Origin: Acidobacteriota bacterium
GTDB taxonomy: Bacteria; Acidobacteriota; UBA890; WLXD01
NCBI GenBank assembly: GCA_963666215.2
Contig: CAXWPL010000001.1
Coordinates: forward strand, 710,371 to 774,370
DNA: 64,000 nt
Direction of reading: 5' to 3'
Shown here: positions 19,997 through 29,866 of the stretch, piece after piece
Layout: each line of letters opens with the position of its first letter
Position numbering within the stretch: position 1 is the stretch's first letter
Translations under genes and position numbers: made by a program
Notes under the pieces: generated by a model
What the model was told of the DNA's origin: nothing
Seen by the model: only the letters and a program-made list of their open reading frames with translations
The model's database searches: none

Positions 19997-21004
19997 ATGC
20001 GGTACACACGATTGGGCGGCACAGGCCTCGAGGTATCGAGAATCTGCCTCGGTTGTATGAGCTATGGCGACCCCGGTTGGCGCTCGTGGGTGCTCGGGGA
20101 AGCGGCGTCGCGCGAGCGTTTCGAAGTCGCCCTGGAGGCCGGTATCAATTTCTTCGACACGGCCGATATGTACTCGCTTGGCCGCAGCGAGGAGGTCACA
20201 GGGAAATGGCTGGGTGAGCTCGCCGACCGTGACGACTACGTGCTGGCGAGCAAAGTCCACTTTCCGCTGAGCGACGCGCCGAACCGCTCAGGGTTGTCGC
20301 GCAAGCACATCCTTGCCGCCTGCGACGATTCGCTGCATCGTCTGGGGACCGACTTTATCGATCTCTACCAGATCCATCGGTGGGACTTTTCCACTCCAGT
20401 GGAAGAGACGCTCGAGGCGCTTGATTCGCTGGTCCGGGTGGGCAAAGTCCGCTACCTGGGCGCCAGCAGCATGGCGGCCTGGCAGTTCGCCAAGCTCCTC
20501 TCGACTTCCGACCGCTTGGGCCTTCATCGGATGGTCTCGATGCAGAACCATCACAATCTGGCCTACCGCGAGGAAGAACGCGAGATGATTCCGCTGTGCC
20601 TCGACGAGGGGGCTGGATTGCTGCCGTGGAGCCCGCTGGCGCGGGGGTTCCTGACGGGCACGCGCACGCGCGAGAATCCGCGTGTCACGGCGCGGGCGCA
20701 GGACGATCAGCATGCCGACGCGATGTACTACCGCGACTCCGATTGGCACGTCCTCGACGCGCTACTCGAGGTCAGCGCTGCCCGAGGCGAGTCGCCGGCG
20801 AGCGTGGCGCTCGCATGGTTGATGTCGGTGCCTGGAGTGACGGCGCCGATTATCGGCGCCACGAACTCGGATCACATCCGCGCCGCCGCGGAGGCGGCGG
20901 AACTGTCGCTAGCGGCGAACGAGATCGAGCGGCTCGAGGCGGCGTACGTGCCGGGCCCGATCCGCGGTCATGATCAACCTCTGCCTCGACAGATGAGCCA
21001 CTAG
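19997..21004 (+). CDS. aldo/keto reductase
   Basis: LGGTGLEVSRICLGCMSYG, FFDTADMYS, LGTDFIDLYQIHRWD, PWSPLARGFL, PIIGAT. Confidence 0.93.
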   Translation: MRYTRLGGTGLEVSRICLGCMSYGDPGWRSWVLGEAASRERFEVALEAGINFFDTADMYSLGRSEEVTGKWLGELADRDDYVLASKVHFPLSDAPNRSGLSRKHILAACDDSLHRLGTDFIDLYQIHRWDFSTPVEETLEALDSLVRVGKVRYLGASSMAAWQFAKLLSTSDRLGLHRMVSMQNHHNLAYREEEREMIPLCLDEGAGLLPWSPLARGFLTGTRTRENPRVTARAQDDQHADAMYYRDSDWHVLDALLEVSAARGESPASVALAWLMSVPGVTAPIIGATNSDHIRAAAEAAELSLAANEIERLEAAYVPGPIRGHDQPLPRQMSH

Positions 21005-21086
21005 CTCAACGTTCGCCTCACGCGGCCGATGCGGCTTTTGTTCCCGAGCCGTATCGCCGCCGGTGGTGGGAAGCGCATCCGATTTG

Positions 21087-21494
21087 TTATTGGGCTTGGC
21101 CAGAGTCGTGCTCGGGTTCTCCCGCTTGCGGCTCGGCGTTCTCGCCCTCCGGGACGGCCCCAGGCACTTGTTCCTGTTCCTGGAACATCGGCGGCGCCTC
21201 GCTGAACGGCTGGACCCGCTGCCCAATCGACCGTAGAAGCCACACCATTCCCCCCACCGTCCCGATCAGCAGGACGATCAGAAGCACGATCGAGCCCTTT
21301 TGCCAGCGAGTCAGCGGAATCTTCTGCGGCGGCGGGGCGTGTTCGCGCACCGCGGCAAGCAGGAGCTCCGCGCAAGCGGGGCAGTCGCGGCAATGCCCCA
21401 GGATGCGCTCCTTCTTGTTCTCTCCGAGCTCCTCCTTGGCAAAGTTCAGGAAGTCCGCGGCGTCGGGATGGCGGGGCAAATCGGTGGGTGACAT
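21087..21494 (-). CDS. zinc-finger (HxxxCxxC) membrane protein, anti-sigma-factor-like
   Basis: HP...GHCRDCPAC followed by one transmembrane helix. Confidence 0.65.
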   Translation of the reverse strand: MSPTDLPRHPDAADFLNFAKEELGENKKERILGHCRDCPACAELLLAAVREHAPPPQKIPLTRWQKGSIVLLIVLLIGTVGGMVWLLRSIGQRVQPFSEAPPMFQEQEQVPGAVPEGENAEPQAGEPEHDSGQAQ

Positions 21495-21503
21495 GGCCGT
21501 CTT

Positions 21504-22370
21504 CTAGCCCCGGAAGATCTTCGCGACGGCCCAGCCGAGCAGCAAGATCGCTCCAAGGACGAATGTGCTGTGGGTGTGTCCGTACGAGATCGTCGGGTAA
21601 TGGTTGCTCACCATGATGAGGATGAGCGGTTGCACGATGAACGTATTGTGCTTGGAGCGCAGTGGGCCTGCAGCCAACAGCTTGGCGCTCGGGGTTTCGC
21701 CGCGCTGTGCCTGGGCGATCAGGCGCGTTTGCGCCGGCAGGATTTTCAGCCACACGTTGGCCGCCATGATGGTGCCCAACAGGGCCCCAATCATGAAGAA
21801 CGACGCGCGGGACGCGAGCACCTGTCGCAGTCCATAGTGGGTCGCGAGCAGCAGAACCAACCCTACCGCCGCGAAGCCCACCGGGCTACGCGCCAGCGGC
21901 GTTGCCACGAGCCCGTCGTAGACCAGCCAGCCGACGAGGAGCAAGCCCAAGCCGATCGCGCCCGCCAGCCGCGCGTTGCCGTTCGGCGGTACGAGCAGGC
22001 CGCCCAAGTAGTACGTGAGGATGAGCAGCAGGAAGCCGCTGATCCACGTCGTTGCGGCTTCCTATTTGAACCAGTGCAACTGCGGCGGCATTGCGGCGGA
22101 AGGGGCGTGCTTCTCGGCGAGCCAGAAGCCGCCGCCGTGAATCATCCAGACGTGGCCTTCCACGTGGCTCGTTAGTCCGCCACCGGCAGGATCACCTGGT
22201 GGTTCGGCAGCGCCAGGGCTGGCGGGCGGGGTCGGCGCCGCCAGAGGTGGCTGAACGGCACGCTCGAAGCGGTTGAACAGGTACGTCTGCCCGATCCATA
22301 ACATCGCCGCGAACACGTGAGCCCAGCGCACCAGCAACTGCAGCCAAGCGGTCAGGTCGTAGGAGCTCAT
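21504..22370 (-). pseudogene. urate hydroxylase PuuD-like membrane protein with an internal amber stop
   Basis: RWAHVFAAMLWIG, WMIHGGGF, LHWFK*EAATTWISGF (TAG at 22062-22064), GTIMAANVW, RSKHNTF, MVSNHYP. Confidence 0.8.
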
Positions 22371-22381
22371 CCCAGGTGCCC

Positions 22382-22542
22382 GTCCATCGTGGCCTCGAGA
22401 GGTACAAGCGGTCCTGACTCGGTCCGAGAGCTCGAGGACCCTATCCAGCGAGCTCAAGGTCCAACAGTGGCAGCGAGGGGAGGGACCAGCTCGCTACAAC
22501 TCTGGAGCTCGGACCGCTTGCACCTGTCGAAGCCGCGTGGAC
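22382..22542. repeat. long imperfect inverted repeat (rod-like hairpin, ~160 nt)
   Basis: 22382-22414 is complementary to 22511-22542; inner AGCGAGCT/AGCTCGCT and GGTCC/GGACC arms. Confidence 0.7.
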
Positions 22543-22696
22543 TCGACCCAGACTGCCGAGAAAGCCCCCTTATCGTCAACCAGCCGCCTGGTGTCGGATC
22601 GCCGGGCCAATCGTGCGATTCGCGCGGCCGCAAGTCGATCGGATACTAGTTGGCCGCCGCGGCGAAAGCCACCGGCGGTCGGGCTAGGCGGGAGCG

Positions 22697-23695
22697 CTAG
22701 TAGACGTCGAGGTCTTGGCCGGAGACGGTGGCACCGTCGTAGCGGCTTGCGACTTCTTCGAGCAACCCGGATTCGGTCGTTCCCCAGAACAACTGGTGGT
22801 ACAGAACCAGTAGACGTGGCCTTGCGCGCGCCGCAATTTCGCCGAGCTCGGTAGCCGAGGTGTGGAAGCTCGAGTGATATCGCTGCCACTCCGGCGGCCG
22901 AGCGGCGAACCCGGCGTCGCTGTAGACCTCGTGAACGAGCATGTCGCAGCCGTTGCAGTACTCGACGATCGCCTCGCTCGGGCTCGTGTCGCCGGAGATT
23001 ACGAAGGTGCGGTCGGCGGTGCGAAAACGAAATCCGAAAGCGTGATCCCACGAGCCGTGCGGCACGCGGAAGGCGTCTACCGACACGTTGTCGTCGCGGT
23101 AGATCTCGCTGATCGGGCGACTCTCGTCGATGCCACGGATCTCATGGACAACATTCGAATGTCCGGTGTCGTTCGCCGGCTGACTGCCGTCCAGACGCAG
23201 GCGGATATCGACGGTGTACGCCGCAGTCAGATGCTCCATCATCGACGCGATGCCGGGCGGGCCGTAGACCTCCAGAGGCGCCTCACGGTCGTCGGCCGTC
23301 CAGGGCGACAGCAGCAGATCGGGCAGGCCGAGGGTGTGGTCGGAGTGCAGGTGGGTGATGAAGACACGCTGGAGCTGCGAGTTATGCAGGCCGTCGACGC
23401 CACGCTCCGCGGCCGCGGCCGCGCGTCGGACGATGCCGGGTCCAGCATCAACCAGATACGACTCACCGCCGACAATCACGGCCACCGCCGGGCCCGATCG
23501 CGCCGGGTCGGAGTTGGGTGTGCCGGTGCCGAGAAGCACCAGCCGAGCCGTACTTGGTGCGGCCGGAGCGCTCTGGCCGCATCCAAGGACCGCTAGCACG
23601 GCGGCCACGACGCATACACGGACGGACGGTCGACGCGGACCGGGTTCTTCTCCGTTGATCTGGCGCACGACCCCGACCACTGCTCGCATAGACAA
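22697..23695 (-). CDS. MBL-fold metallo-hydrolase (RNase Z/AtsA-like), possible lipoprotein (start uncertain)
   Basis: LLGTGTP, LVDAGPG, THLHSDHTLG, SGDT, LVHE, LYHQ; LAVLGC lipobox-like motif. Confidence 0.88.
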   Translation of the reverse strand: MSMRAVVGVVRQINGEEPGPRRPSVRVCVVAAVLAVLGCGQSAPAAPSTARLVLLGTGTPNSDPARSGPAVAVIVGGESYLVDAGPGIVRRAAAAAERGVDGLHNSQLQRVFITHLHSDHTLGLPDLLLSPWTADDREAPLEVYGPPGIASMMEHLTAAYTVDIRLRLDGSQPANDTGHSNVVHEIRGIDESRPISEIYRDDNVSVDAFRVPHGSWDHAFGFRFRTADRTFVISGDTSPSEAIVEYCNGCDMLVHEVYSDAGFAARPPEWQRYHSSFHTSATELGEIAARARPRLLVLYHQLFWGTTESGLLEEVASRYDGATVSGQDLDVY

Positions 23696-23697
23696 CC

Positions 23698-25404
23698 TCA
23701 GACCTCGATCTCACTTCCGACCGTCAGCACCCAGCGGCTCCTGCCGGTCACTTCCGACAGCCCGTAGGCCAGGTCGAGGCGGAAGGTGGGCTGGTTCGTC
23801 ACCAATCGGTTGCGGGCAACAAGCAGGCCGGCGCCGACGTTGGTGCGTAGGTCTCCGAGCGCTAACGACTGACCGCCGGGCCAAGCGTATCCAGAATCCA
23901 CGAATACCGCGGCGCCAAGCGACAGCACCTGGATGAACTCGTCGACGAAGAACCAGCGGTCCTCGAGGGTCAGGAGCATCGAACGGTCGCCCACCCATTG
24001 GTGCACGGCGTAGCCGCGCAGCCCGTTGTGGGCACCCAAGGTGATCTGACGCTCTGGGTCGAGCCGAGATCCGTGTTCGAGCACGGCCTTCGCAACGAGC
24101 AGGTTGCGCGCTGCGAGCCGATCGACGTACGAGAGCCTGGCGCTCAGGAGGCTGTTTTGCAGTTCATCGTCGCGCTGCCGCGCGCTCCATGACACCTGTC
24201 CACGCACGAACCTGGCGGGGCGGAGAAGCACGCCGCCGCTGTGAGAGAGTCGAAAGAACAGGCTCGTACCGCGCTCGCCCCCGAGCCAGTCGGTCGAGAC
24301 GCCGAGCGAGGCACGCGTTTCGGAGCCCAGGTTGAAGTCTTCGGCCACTTCGAAACGATTGACGTGGGTGAGCTTGACGAAGCGGTGCTCGACTCGGGAG
24401 AGGCCAACCTCGAGGATGCCGAAGTCTCGCAAGTCGCCGGCGACCTCATCGCGTCGCCTCCGATAGGCCGTGTGGAGCCTTATGGCGGAGCTTTCGCCGT
24501 GGCCAACGGCTCGCGCGTACTCCAGGTCGTACCAATCGCGGGCGTGCGCAAGCCCGCCAACCCGATCCGCCGACTCGTAGAGCGGGTCGATTTGCTCCCA
24601 GCTCTCGGCGCGCGCGGCCATGCTCCAGGTTGCGTCCAGCGCGTAAAAGGGGCGTTCCAACCTGAGTGCCACCCGGTTGCCGTCGGAGCGATTACCATAG
24701 GCCGCCGCCAAACGGAAACGCGACCCGCCGAGTCGTGGGTCGCCGTAGGTCAGGCCGGTCTCGTTGCGCTCCAGGTCTTGACGCCGAAAGACATTGATCT
24801 CTTTGCCGAGACCGGCGAGGTTCTTTTCGGTGAATCCCAGGGTCCACAGCGTGCGATCGCCGACGCTACCGAACTGGATTTCCGGAGAGGTTGTCCAGTT
24901 GTCCCAGGTGGTCACACGCACATGGACGCCACCAGGCGGGCCGGCATCTCCAATGGCGGCTGCCGCGGCGGTTTTCTCGACTCGCGCGTCGCGCAGAAAC
25001 GGAAGCGCACGCAGGTTGCGCTCAGTTTGCGCAAGGTGTTCGGCGTCGACTCGATCGCCCACGGCAAACAGCAGTTCCCGACGGACGACATGCTCGCGCG
25101 TCTGGACGTGCAATTTGTTCGCGAACTTGCGACCGCCGCGCGCTCTGCCGCCGGCCTCGTCGAACACGTCGTGCCGCACGATCTCGACCGAGACGATCGT
25201 GTCGGCCTGCTCGAGTGTCTCGAGACTCTCCACCAATTCGCCCGTCGCTGAGTCGCCTCGAGCCGAGCTCGGGGGCGCGGCTTCCACAGCTTGGCGCGTT
25301 GCGGCGGCCGCCACAGAAGGGGCGACAAACCCAACGACCGCGACGAGCGCCAGTGGGATGACTGCGAGCCGAGCGAGTTGGGTGCCTTGCGGGCGACTGC
25401 TCAC
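23698..25404 (-). CDS. BamA/TamA-family outer membrane protein with POTRA domain
   Basis: ANKLHVQTREHVVRRELLF, TERNLRALPFL, EKNLAGLG, LGAHNGLRGY, FVDSGYAW, RLDLAY. Confidence 0.85.
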   Translation of the reverse strand: MSSRPQGTQLARLAVIPLALVAVVGFVAPSVAAAATRQAVEAAPPSSARGDSATGELVESLETLEQADTIVSVEIVRHDVFDEAGGRARGGRKFANKLHVQTREHVVRRELLFAVGDRVDAEHLAQTERNLRALPFLRDARVEKTAAAAAIGDAGPPGGVHVRVTTWDNWTTSPEIQFGSVGDRTLWTLGFTEKNLAGLGKEINVFRRQDLERNETGLTYGDPRLGGSRFRLAAAYGNRSDGNRVALRLERPFYALDATWSMAARAESWEQIDPLYESADRVGGLAHARDWYDLEYARAVGHGESSAIRLHTAYRRRRDEVAGDLRDFGILEVGLSRVEHRFVKLTHVNRFEVAEDFNLGSETRASLGVSTDWLGGERGTSLFFRLSHSGGVLLRPARFVRGQVSWSARQRDDELQNSLLSARLSYVDRLAARNLLVAKAVLEHGSRLDPERQITLGAHNGLRGYAVHQWVGDRSMLLTLEDRWFFVDEFIQVLSLGAAVFVDSGYAWPGGQSLALGDLRTNVGAGLLVARNRLVTNQPTFRLDLAYGLSEVTGRSRWVLTVGSEIEV

Positions 25405-25550
25405 AGGACAGGGGACCGAGACATGCCGGCCACCCTATTGCACCCAGGAGTCCCACGCCAACGCCCGGCCAGCATCCAGAGGTCGAACGCCGACGGCCGG
25501 CCAATCCTCGTTCTGGACTCGCTCTCGCTGATCTCGTCGATCTGGCGAAT

Positions 25551-25808
25551 CTAAAGGCCGTCCAGGATCTCGACTGAAACGACCGTCTCGACACCCTGGA
25601 GACGGTGGCCGCGGTGGGTGTACCAGGTGCGCGCGGCGGGTAATCGTGGGCCGCCAGCTTCGACCTCACCCTCGAACACCATCGTCGAGCCGTCGTTGCG
25701 GCGCTCGTTGGTGAGGTGGAGCTTACACCCCAGCAGCTGTGCCGTTTCTGGATCGATGTAGAAGAACCAGATATGCCGGCCCACCGAGCGCTCGTAGCTC
25801 GCTCGCAT
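25551..25808 (-). pseudogene. probable C-terminal remnant of a DUF6503-like protein
   Basis: Y..SVGRHIWFFYIDPETAQLLG...DG..MVFEGEVEAGGPRLPAARTWY; resemblance recalled from memory; no N-terminus. Confidence 0.4.
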
Positions 25809-25832
25809 ATCCGGTACGGGCGACGACGAAAG

Positions 25833-25845
25833 TGTACTTTGTACA
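25833..25845. promoter_or_regulatory. palindrome upstream of the second ADOP gene, possible PadR operator
   Basis: TGTAC-TTT-GTACA in an AT-rich patch about 40 nt before ATG 25882. Confidence 0.4.
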
Positions 25846-25881
25846 GAAACTTGAAGTTGTGCCGCCCCGTAGTGAGATGAC

Positions 25882-28788
25882 ATGCAGCAGAACGAAGAGA
25901 GCAAGCCCGGTCCGGAGACGGCGAGTGTTCCACGACCCTCGGACGCCGGGCGAGGCGCCGGTGAGCATCGGCGTTCGCCGGGGTTGGAGTGGCTCCTGGC
26001 GCGCTGCGGTTGCGCGGCTCCACGCGACGTCTTGGCTGATCTCGACGACGAGGTCGCCGCTGCGGCGGCTGCCTCCGGCGACCGCAGTGGGCTGCGCGAT
26101 CGTGCGTGGCTGTGCTGGCAGGTATCCATTGTGTGCGGCTACGAGCTGCGCGACTCCCTGCAGCGGTGGCTCGGTGGGCGGCGCTCGAGCTGGTCGCTCA
26201 AACCCATGCTGGCGGCCCGTCTAGCCGCTCGAAGTGTGCGACGGCAACCGGCGATTCCCCTGGCTGCCGCGGTGACACTCGGGCTCGGCTTCGGGGCCGC
26301 CGCAACGATCTTCAGCGTGTTCGCGGGTTTCGGGCGGTCGCTACCGGTACCGCAGGGCGACCGCATTGTCGAGGTTACGCTGGCCGCTCGGGGTGGTGGC
26401 GGGGAGCTCGGGTTGGAGCAGTTCGAAACGTGGCGGACGGCGGGCTCCTTCGAGGCAGTTACCGGGTTCTCGCTGAGCACGAGCGTTCTCAGCGGCGACG
26501 GTATGTACGCCACCGGCGTCTCCAGCGCGGCGTTCACGCCCGGACTTCTGGAGATGCTGCGAGTGCCACCGCTGCTCGGCCGGTTGCCGGCCCGCCTCGA
26601 CGACGCCGTCGTCCTCAGCCATACGCTCTGGTCGGGCTATTTCGATGCCGACCCCGACCTCATCGGCCGTACGGTTCGTGTCGACGGCCAGCCTCGCGAG
26701 GTCGCGGCGGTGATGCCGGAAGGCTTCAGGTTCCCTTTCTTCGAGAGCCTGTGGATTCCCTACGGCGACCGGGTTGATGGGGCCGATTCGGGGCCGTCGG
26801 CTGCGGAACGGCGCGCCTCAGTCGGGGGGGCCGGCCGTTCCGTTCAGGTCGTCGGTCGTCTCGCCGAAGGGGTGTCGCCCGAGCGTGCCGAGGCCGAGCT
26901 GCGTGGGCTGCTGTTGCCGGCGAATCGGGTCGGCGACGGGGAGCCGCCACGCGTCCTCGTGCGCGGATTCACCGAGGCGCGTGGCGAGGGCGGGAAGAAC
27001 GTTGCCCTGATCGCGCTGCTGATCTTGGTTCTGGCCTTGCTGTTGGTGTCGTGCTCGAACGTGTCGAACTTGCTGCTCACCCGGGCGCTCGCCCGCTCCC
27101 GAACGCTTTCACTCCATGCTGCTCTCGGGGCCGATCCCGGGCAGGTTGTTCTGCAGCTGTTCGCCGAAGCCCTTTTGATTTCCCTGTTCGGCGCCGCCCT
27201 CGGGGCTGGATTGGCGTGGGGCGCATCGGGTTACATCGAGAGCACGCTCGCGGGCAACTGGGGCTACTACTGGATGCGCGTGGGTATGGATGCCCGCGTG
27301 CTGCGTTTTGTACTGCTGCTCGCCGTGGCCGTAGCGGTGATCGCCGGCGCTCTACCGGCACTGCGCGTGCGGCGCGCCGATATCGCTGCGGCGCTCAAGA
27401 GCGAGTCGTCGGGCACGCTCGCGGTGGGAGGGGGGTGGATCGGGCGCGCTTTGCTCGGCGCGCAGGTCACGTTTTCGGCCTTGGCACTGCTGGTGGCGAT
27501 GCTGGTGGCGGCGGGCCTGCTGAACACCCGCCAGGTCGCTCCCGGGTTCCCGTCGGAGACCGTTCAGGTGGCGACGGTGGCGCTGACGGGGGAGCGCTAC
27601 GAAAGCCGCGAGGCCCGGCGCTCGTTTCGCGACAGGTTGGCGCGCGAGCTCATCGAGTCGAGCTCGATTCGAGAGGTTGCGTTCGCCAACGGCCTGCCCG
27701 GTCTCAATGTGCCCTTCGGGCGCCTCGAAGTCGACGGACTGCCGGTCGATCCCACCAGCCAGCAAGCGCGTCGCCCCGTCGTGGCGCTCTCGACCAGCGC
27801 CGAGTTCTTCGACCTGTTCGGAGTGCGCCTGCTGGCCGGCCGTTTGCCGACTGCGCTCGATGGCGCGGGCTCCGAACCCATATGCGTGGTTACAGCTGAC
27901 TTCGTTGCTCGACGTCTGATCGGATCCGAAGAGCTCCGACAGCACGAGGGACCCGAGCGTCTTGCCGACGCCGCGAACTCTCCCCGACCGACAGCCTCCG
28001 CCGACTCTGACAATGTCGAGCGCCACGAGCGCCCCACCGGCGCGGCCCTCGAGGAGGCGCTCGACCGTCGCATCCGGCTGCAGGGTGTCACTCCGGAGGG
28101 AACCTGGGCGCGCATCGTCGGTGTCGTCGAGGATCTCCCGACGTACGAAGGCGAGGACGACGTGCCGCACGACTGGGCGTTTCTGCCGCTCGACCAGCTG
28201 GACTCGTCGCGTGCGGGCAGGTTGTTTGTGCTCGTCACGGCAGACGGCAGTGCCTCTTCCGCGGCGGGGGTGACCGTAAAGAGCCAGCTGCAGGCGGCGG
28301 TGGCGCAGATCGATCCCGAGCTGCCGCTCAACGGCGTCATGCGGCTCGAGGGTGTGCCGCGGCTGGCCGATGTTCTCGACTACGTTCGCCGACTGTTCGA
28401 GACTGCGGGGTTGCTGGCAGCACTGGGCGGCCTGGCGGCGGTTCTGGTGGCGATTATCGGCTTGTACGGCATTGTCCGCTTCGACGTTCAGCGACGCATG
28501 GGCGAGCTGGGGGTGCGGATGGCCTTGGGGGCGCGGCGCGAGCAGATCATGGTCACGGTTCTCAGACGTGGCCTCTGGAGCGTCGTGCCGGGGTTGGTGC
28601 TCGGTCTCGGTTGCGGGTGGCTGGTTGCGCCGTTGTTCGGCGTCTTTCTGCGTGGCACGGAGCCGCACGCGCCGTGGCTCTACGTCACAGCTGCTAGCGG
28701 TTACTTGCTGGTTGCCGCCGCCGCCACGCTGCAGCCGGCGCGACGCGCGGCCCGTGTGGATCCGGTAGATGCGCTGCGTGACCAGTGA
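25882..28788 (+). CDS. duplicated orphan ABC permease (ADOP)
   Basis: TLGLGFGAAATIFS, VMPEGFRFP, LLVSCSNVSNLLL, GLYGIV, ELGVRMALGA, PARRAARVDP. Confidence 0.9.
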   Translation: MQQNEESKPGPETASVPRPSDAGRGAGEHRRSPGLEWLLARCGCAAPRDVLADLDDEVAAAAAASGDRSGLRDRAWLCWQVSIVCGYELRDSLQRWLGGRRSSWSLKPMLAARLAARSVRRQPAIPLAAAVTLGLGFGAAATIFSVFAGFGRSLPVPQGDRIVEVTLAARGGGGELGLEQFETWRTAGSFEAVTGFSLSTSVLSGDGMYATGVSSAAFTPGLLEMLRVPPLLGRLPARLDDAVVLSHTLWSGYFDADPDLIGRTVRVDGQPREVAAVMPEGFRFPFFESLWIPYGDRVDGADSGPSAAERRASVGGAGRSVQVVGRLAEGVSPERAEAELRGLLLPANRVGDGEPPRVLVRGFTEARGEGGKNVALIALLILVLALLLVSCSNVSNLLLTRALARSRTLSLHAALGADPGQVVLQLFAEALLISLFGAALGAGLAWGASGYIESTLAGNWGYYWMRVGMDARVLRFVLLLAVAVAVIAGALPALRVRRADIAAALKSESSGTLAVGGGWIGRALLGAQVTFSALALLVAMLVAAGLLNTRQVAPGFPSETVQVATVALTGERYESREARRSFRDRLARELIESSSIREVAFANGLPGLNVPFGRLEVDGLPVDPTSQQARRPVVALSTSAEFFDLFGVRLLAGRLPTALDGAGSEPICVVTADFVARRLIGSEELRQHEGPERLADAANSPRPTASADSDNVERHERPTGAALEEALDRRIRLQGVTPEGTWARIVGVVEDLPTYEGEDDVPHDWAFLPLDQLDSSRAGRLFVLVTADGSASSAAGVTVKSQLQAAVAQIDPELPLNGVMRLEGVPRLADVLDYVRRLFETAGLLAALGGLAAVLVAIIGLYGIVRFDVQRRMGELGVRMALGARREQIMVTVLRRGLWSVVPGLVLGLGCGWLVAPLFGVFLRGTEPHAPWLYVTAASGYLLVAAAATLQPARRAARVDPVDALRDQ

Positions 28789-28859
28789 CGACCGTGGGAA
28801 GCACACTGCGAAGCACCAACTCTCATCAGTCCGACGGCTCTGCGTGAGCGACTCCGACG

Positions 28860-29210
28860 ATGGGTAGCGATTACCTCGGCGAGTTCGAGCATCTGGTGCT
28901 GCTGGCGATCGCTCGGCTGGGCGGCGAGGCCTACGGTGTGACGATTCGGTGCGTCATCGTCGATCGCGCCGAGCGTGGAGTTTCCTTCGGATCGCTCTAC
29001 TCCACCCTGCGCCGCCTGCACGCGAAGGGTTTTATCGATTTCGACCTCGTGTCGCCGGGAGCTCCACCCGGCGGCCGGCCGCGAAGGATGTGGCGCTTGA
29101 GCACCGCTGGCGAGCAGGTGATGTACGCGGCGCAGCGACGTATGCGACGGATGTCCGAGGGGCTGGGCGAAGAGCATGGGCAGCTCGAGGTCGCAGGCGA
29201 CCGGGGCTGA
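28860..29210 (+). CDS. PadR family transcriptional regulator
   Basis: LGEFEHLVLLAIARLGGEAYGVTI, GSLYSTLRRL, GGRPRR. Confidence 0.88.
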   Translation: MGSDYLGEFEHLVLLAIARLGGEAYGVTIRCVIVDRAERGVSFGSLYSTLRRLHAKGFIDFDLVSPGAPPGGRPRRMWRLSTAGEQVMYAAQRRMRRMSEGLGEEHGQLEVAGDRG

Positions 29211-29260
29211 CCTCGGGCCCATTCGGCCGCGGCCCTCTCTGAAGACCGGAGTGAGCGTGA

Positions 29261-29866
29261 CTACAGGAACGCGCTCGCGCCCCAGACGATCAGCCCGAGG
29301 CCCGCGGCGCGGCTTACGAGCTCGCCGTGCTCGAGGATTTTCTCGGCGCATATCAGCGCCGTTAGCCCGAGCATCGCGGCCAGGCTCATCATGCCCACGC
29401 CGAGGCAGAGCAGCATCAGCAACCAGCAACAACCCAGGCAATAGAGTCCGTGATGCAGCCCCATCCCGAGCGCGCCTCGGGGTCCGTCGCGCCAGTTGCT
29501 GAGGAAATAGGTGAGCGGGTTGCGGCAGTGCCGCAGACAGGCTGCCTTGAAGGGCGTGAACTGATAGAGGCCGGCCGCGATCACCGCGAAGGCGGCGCTT
29601 CTTCCGGCGATCGCGACCAGGTCGGAGCCCCACGACTGTAGCCCGGCCGCACCAAGGCTGAACAGCAGCCACACGCCCATGTAGCCGGCGGCGAAGCCGA
29701 CCGCCGGACCCTTGGCCGGCCGCGTTATCCTCGCCAGCATCCGTAGCCAGGGCGTTACCGCCGGCAGCATCATCACCGCCGACATGGTCATCCAAGCGGC
29801 AACCGCCACCAGGAACCGCTCGGTGGTCCCGCCATACAGACCGGCCGTTAGCAGGTGAGCGCTCAC
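29261..29866 (-). CDS. DUF2182 family predicted metal-binding membrane protein
   Basis: WMTMSAVMMLP, AGLYQFTPFKAACLRHCRNP, GLYCLGCCWLLM, EK; GTG overlaps the upstream stop. Confidence 0.85.
   Translation of the reverse strand: MSAHLLTAGLYGGTTERFLVAVAAWMTMSAVMMLPAVTPWLRMLARITRPAKGPAVGFAAGYMGVWLLFSLGAAGLQSWGSDLVAIAGRSAAFAVIAAGLYQFTPFKAACLRHCRNPLTYFLSNWRDGPRGALGMGLHHGLYCLGCCWLLMLLCLGVGMMSLAAMLGLTALICAEKILEHGELVSRAAGLGLIVWGASAFL

Noticed and set aside
22062-22064. Amber recoding or pyrrolysine in puuD
   Set aside because: TAG is a normal stop in many genes here, and the position is a conserved Trp one substitution away.
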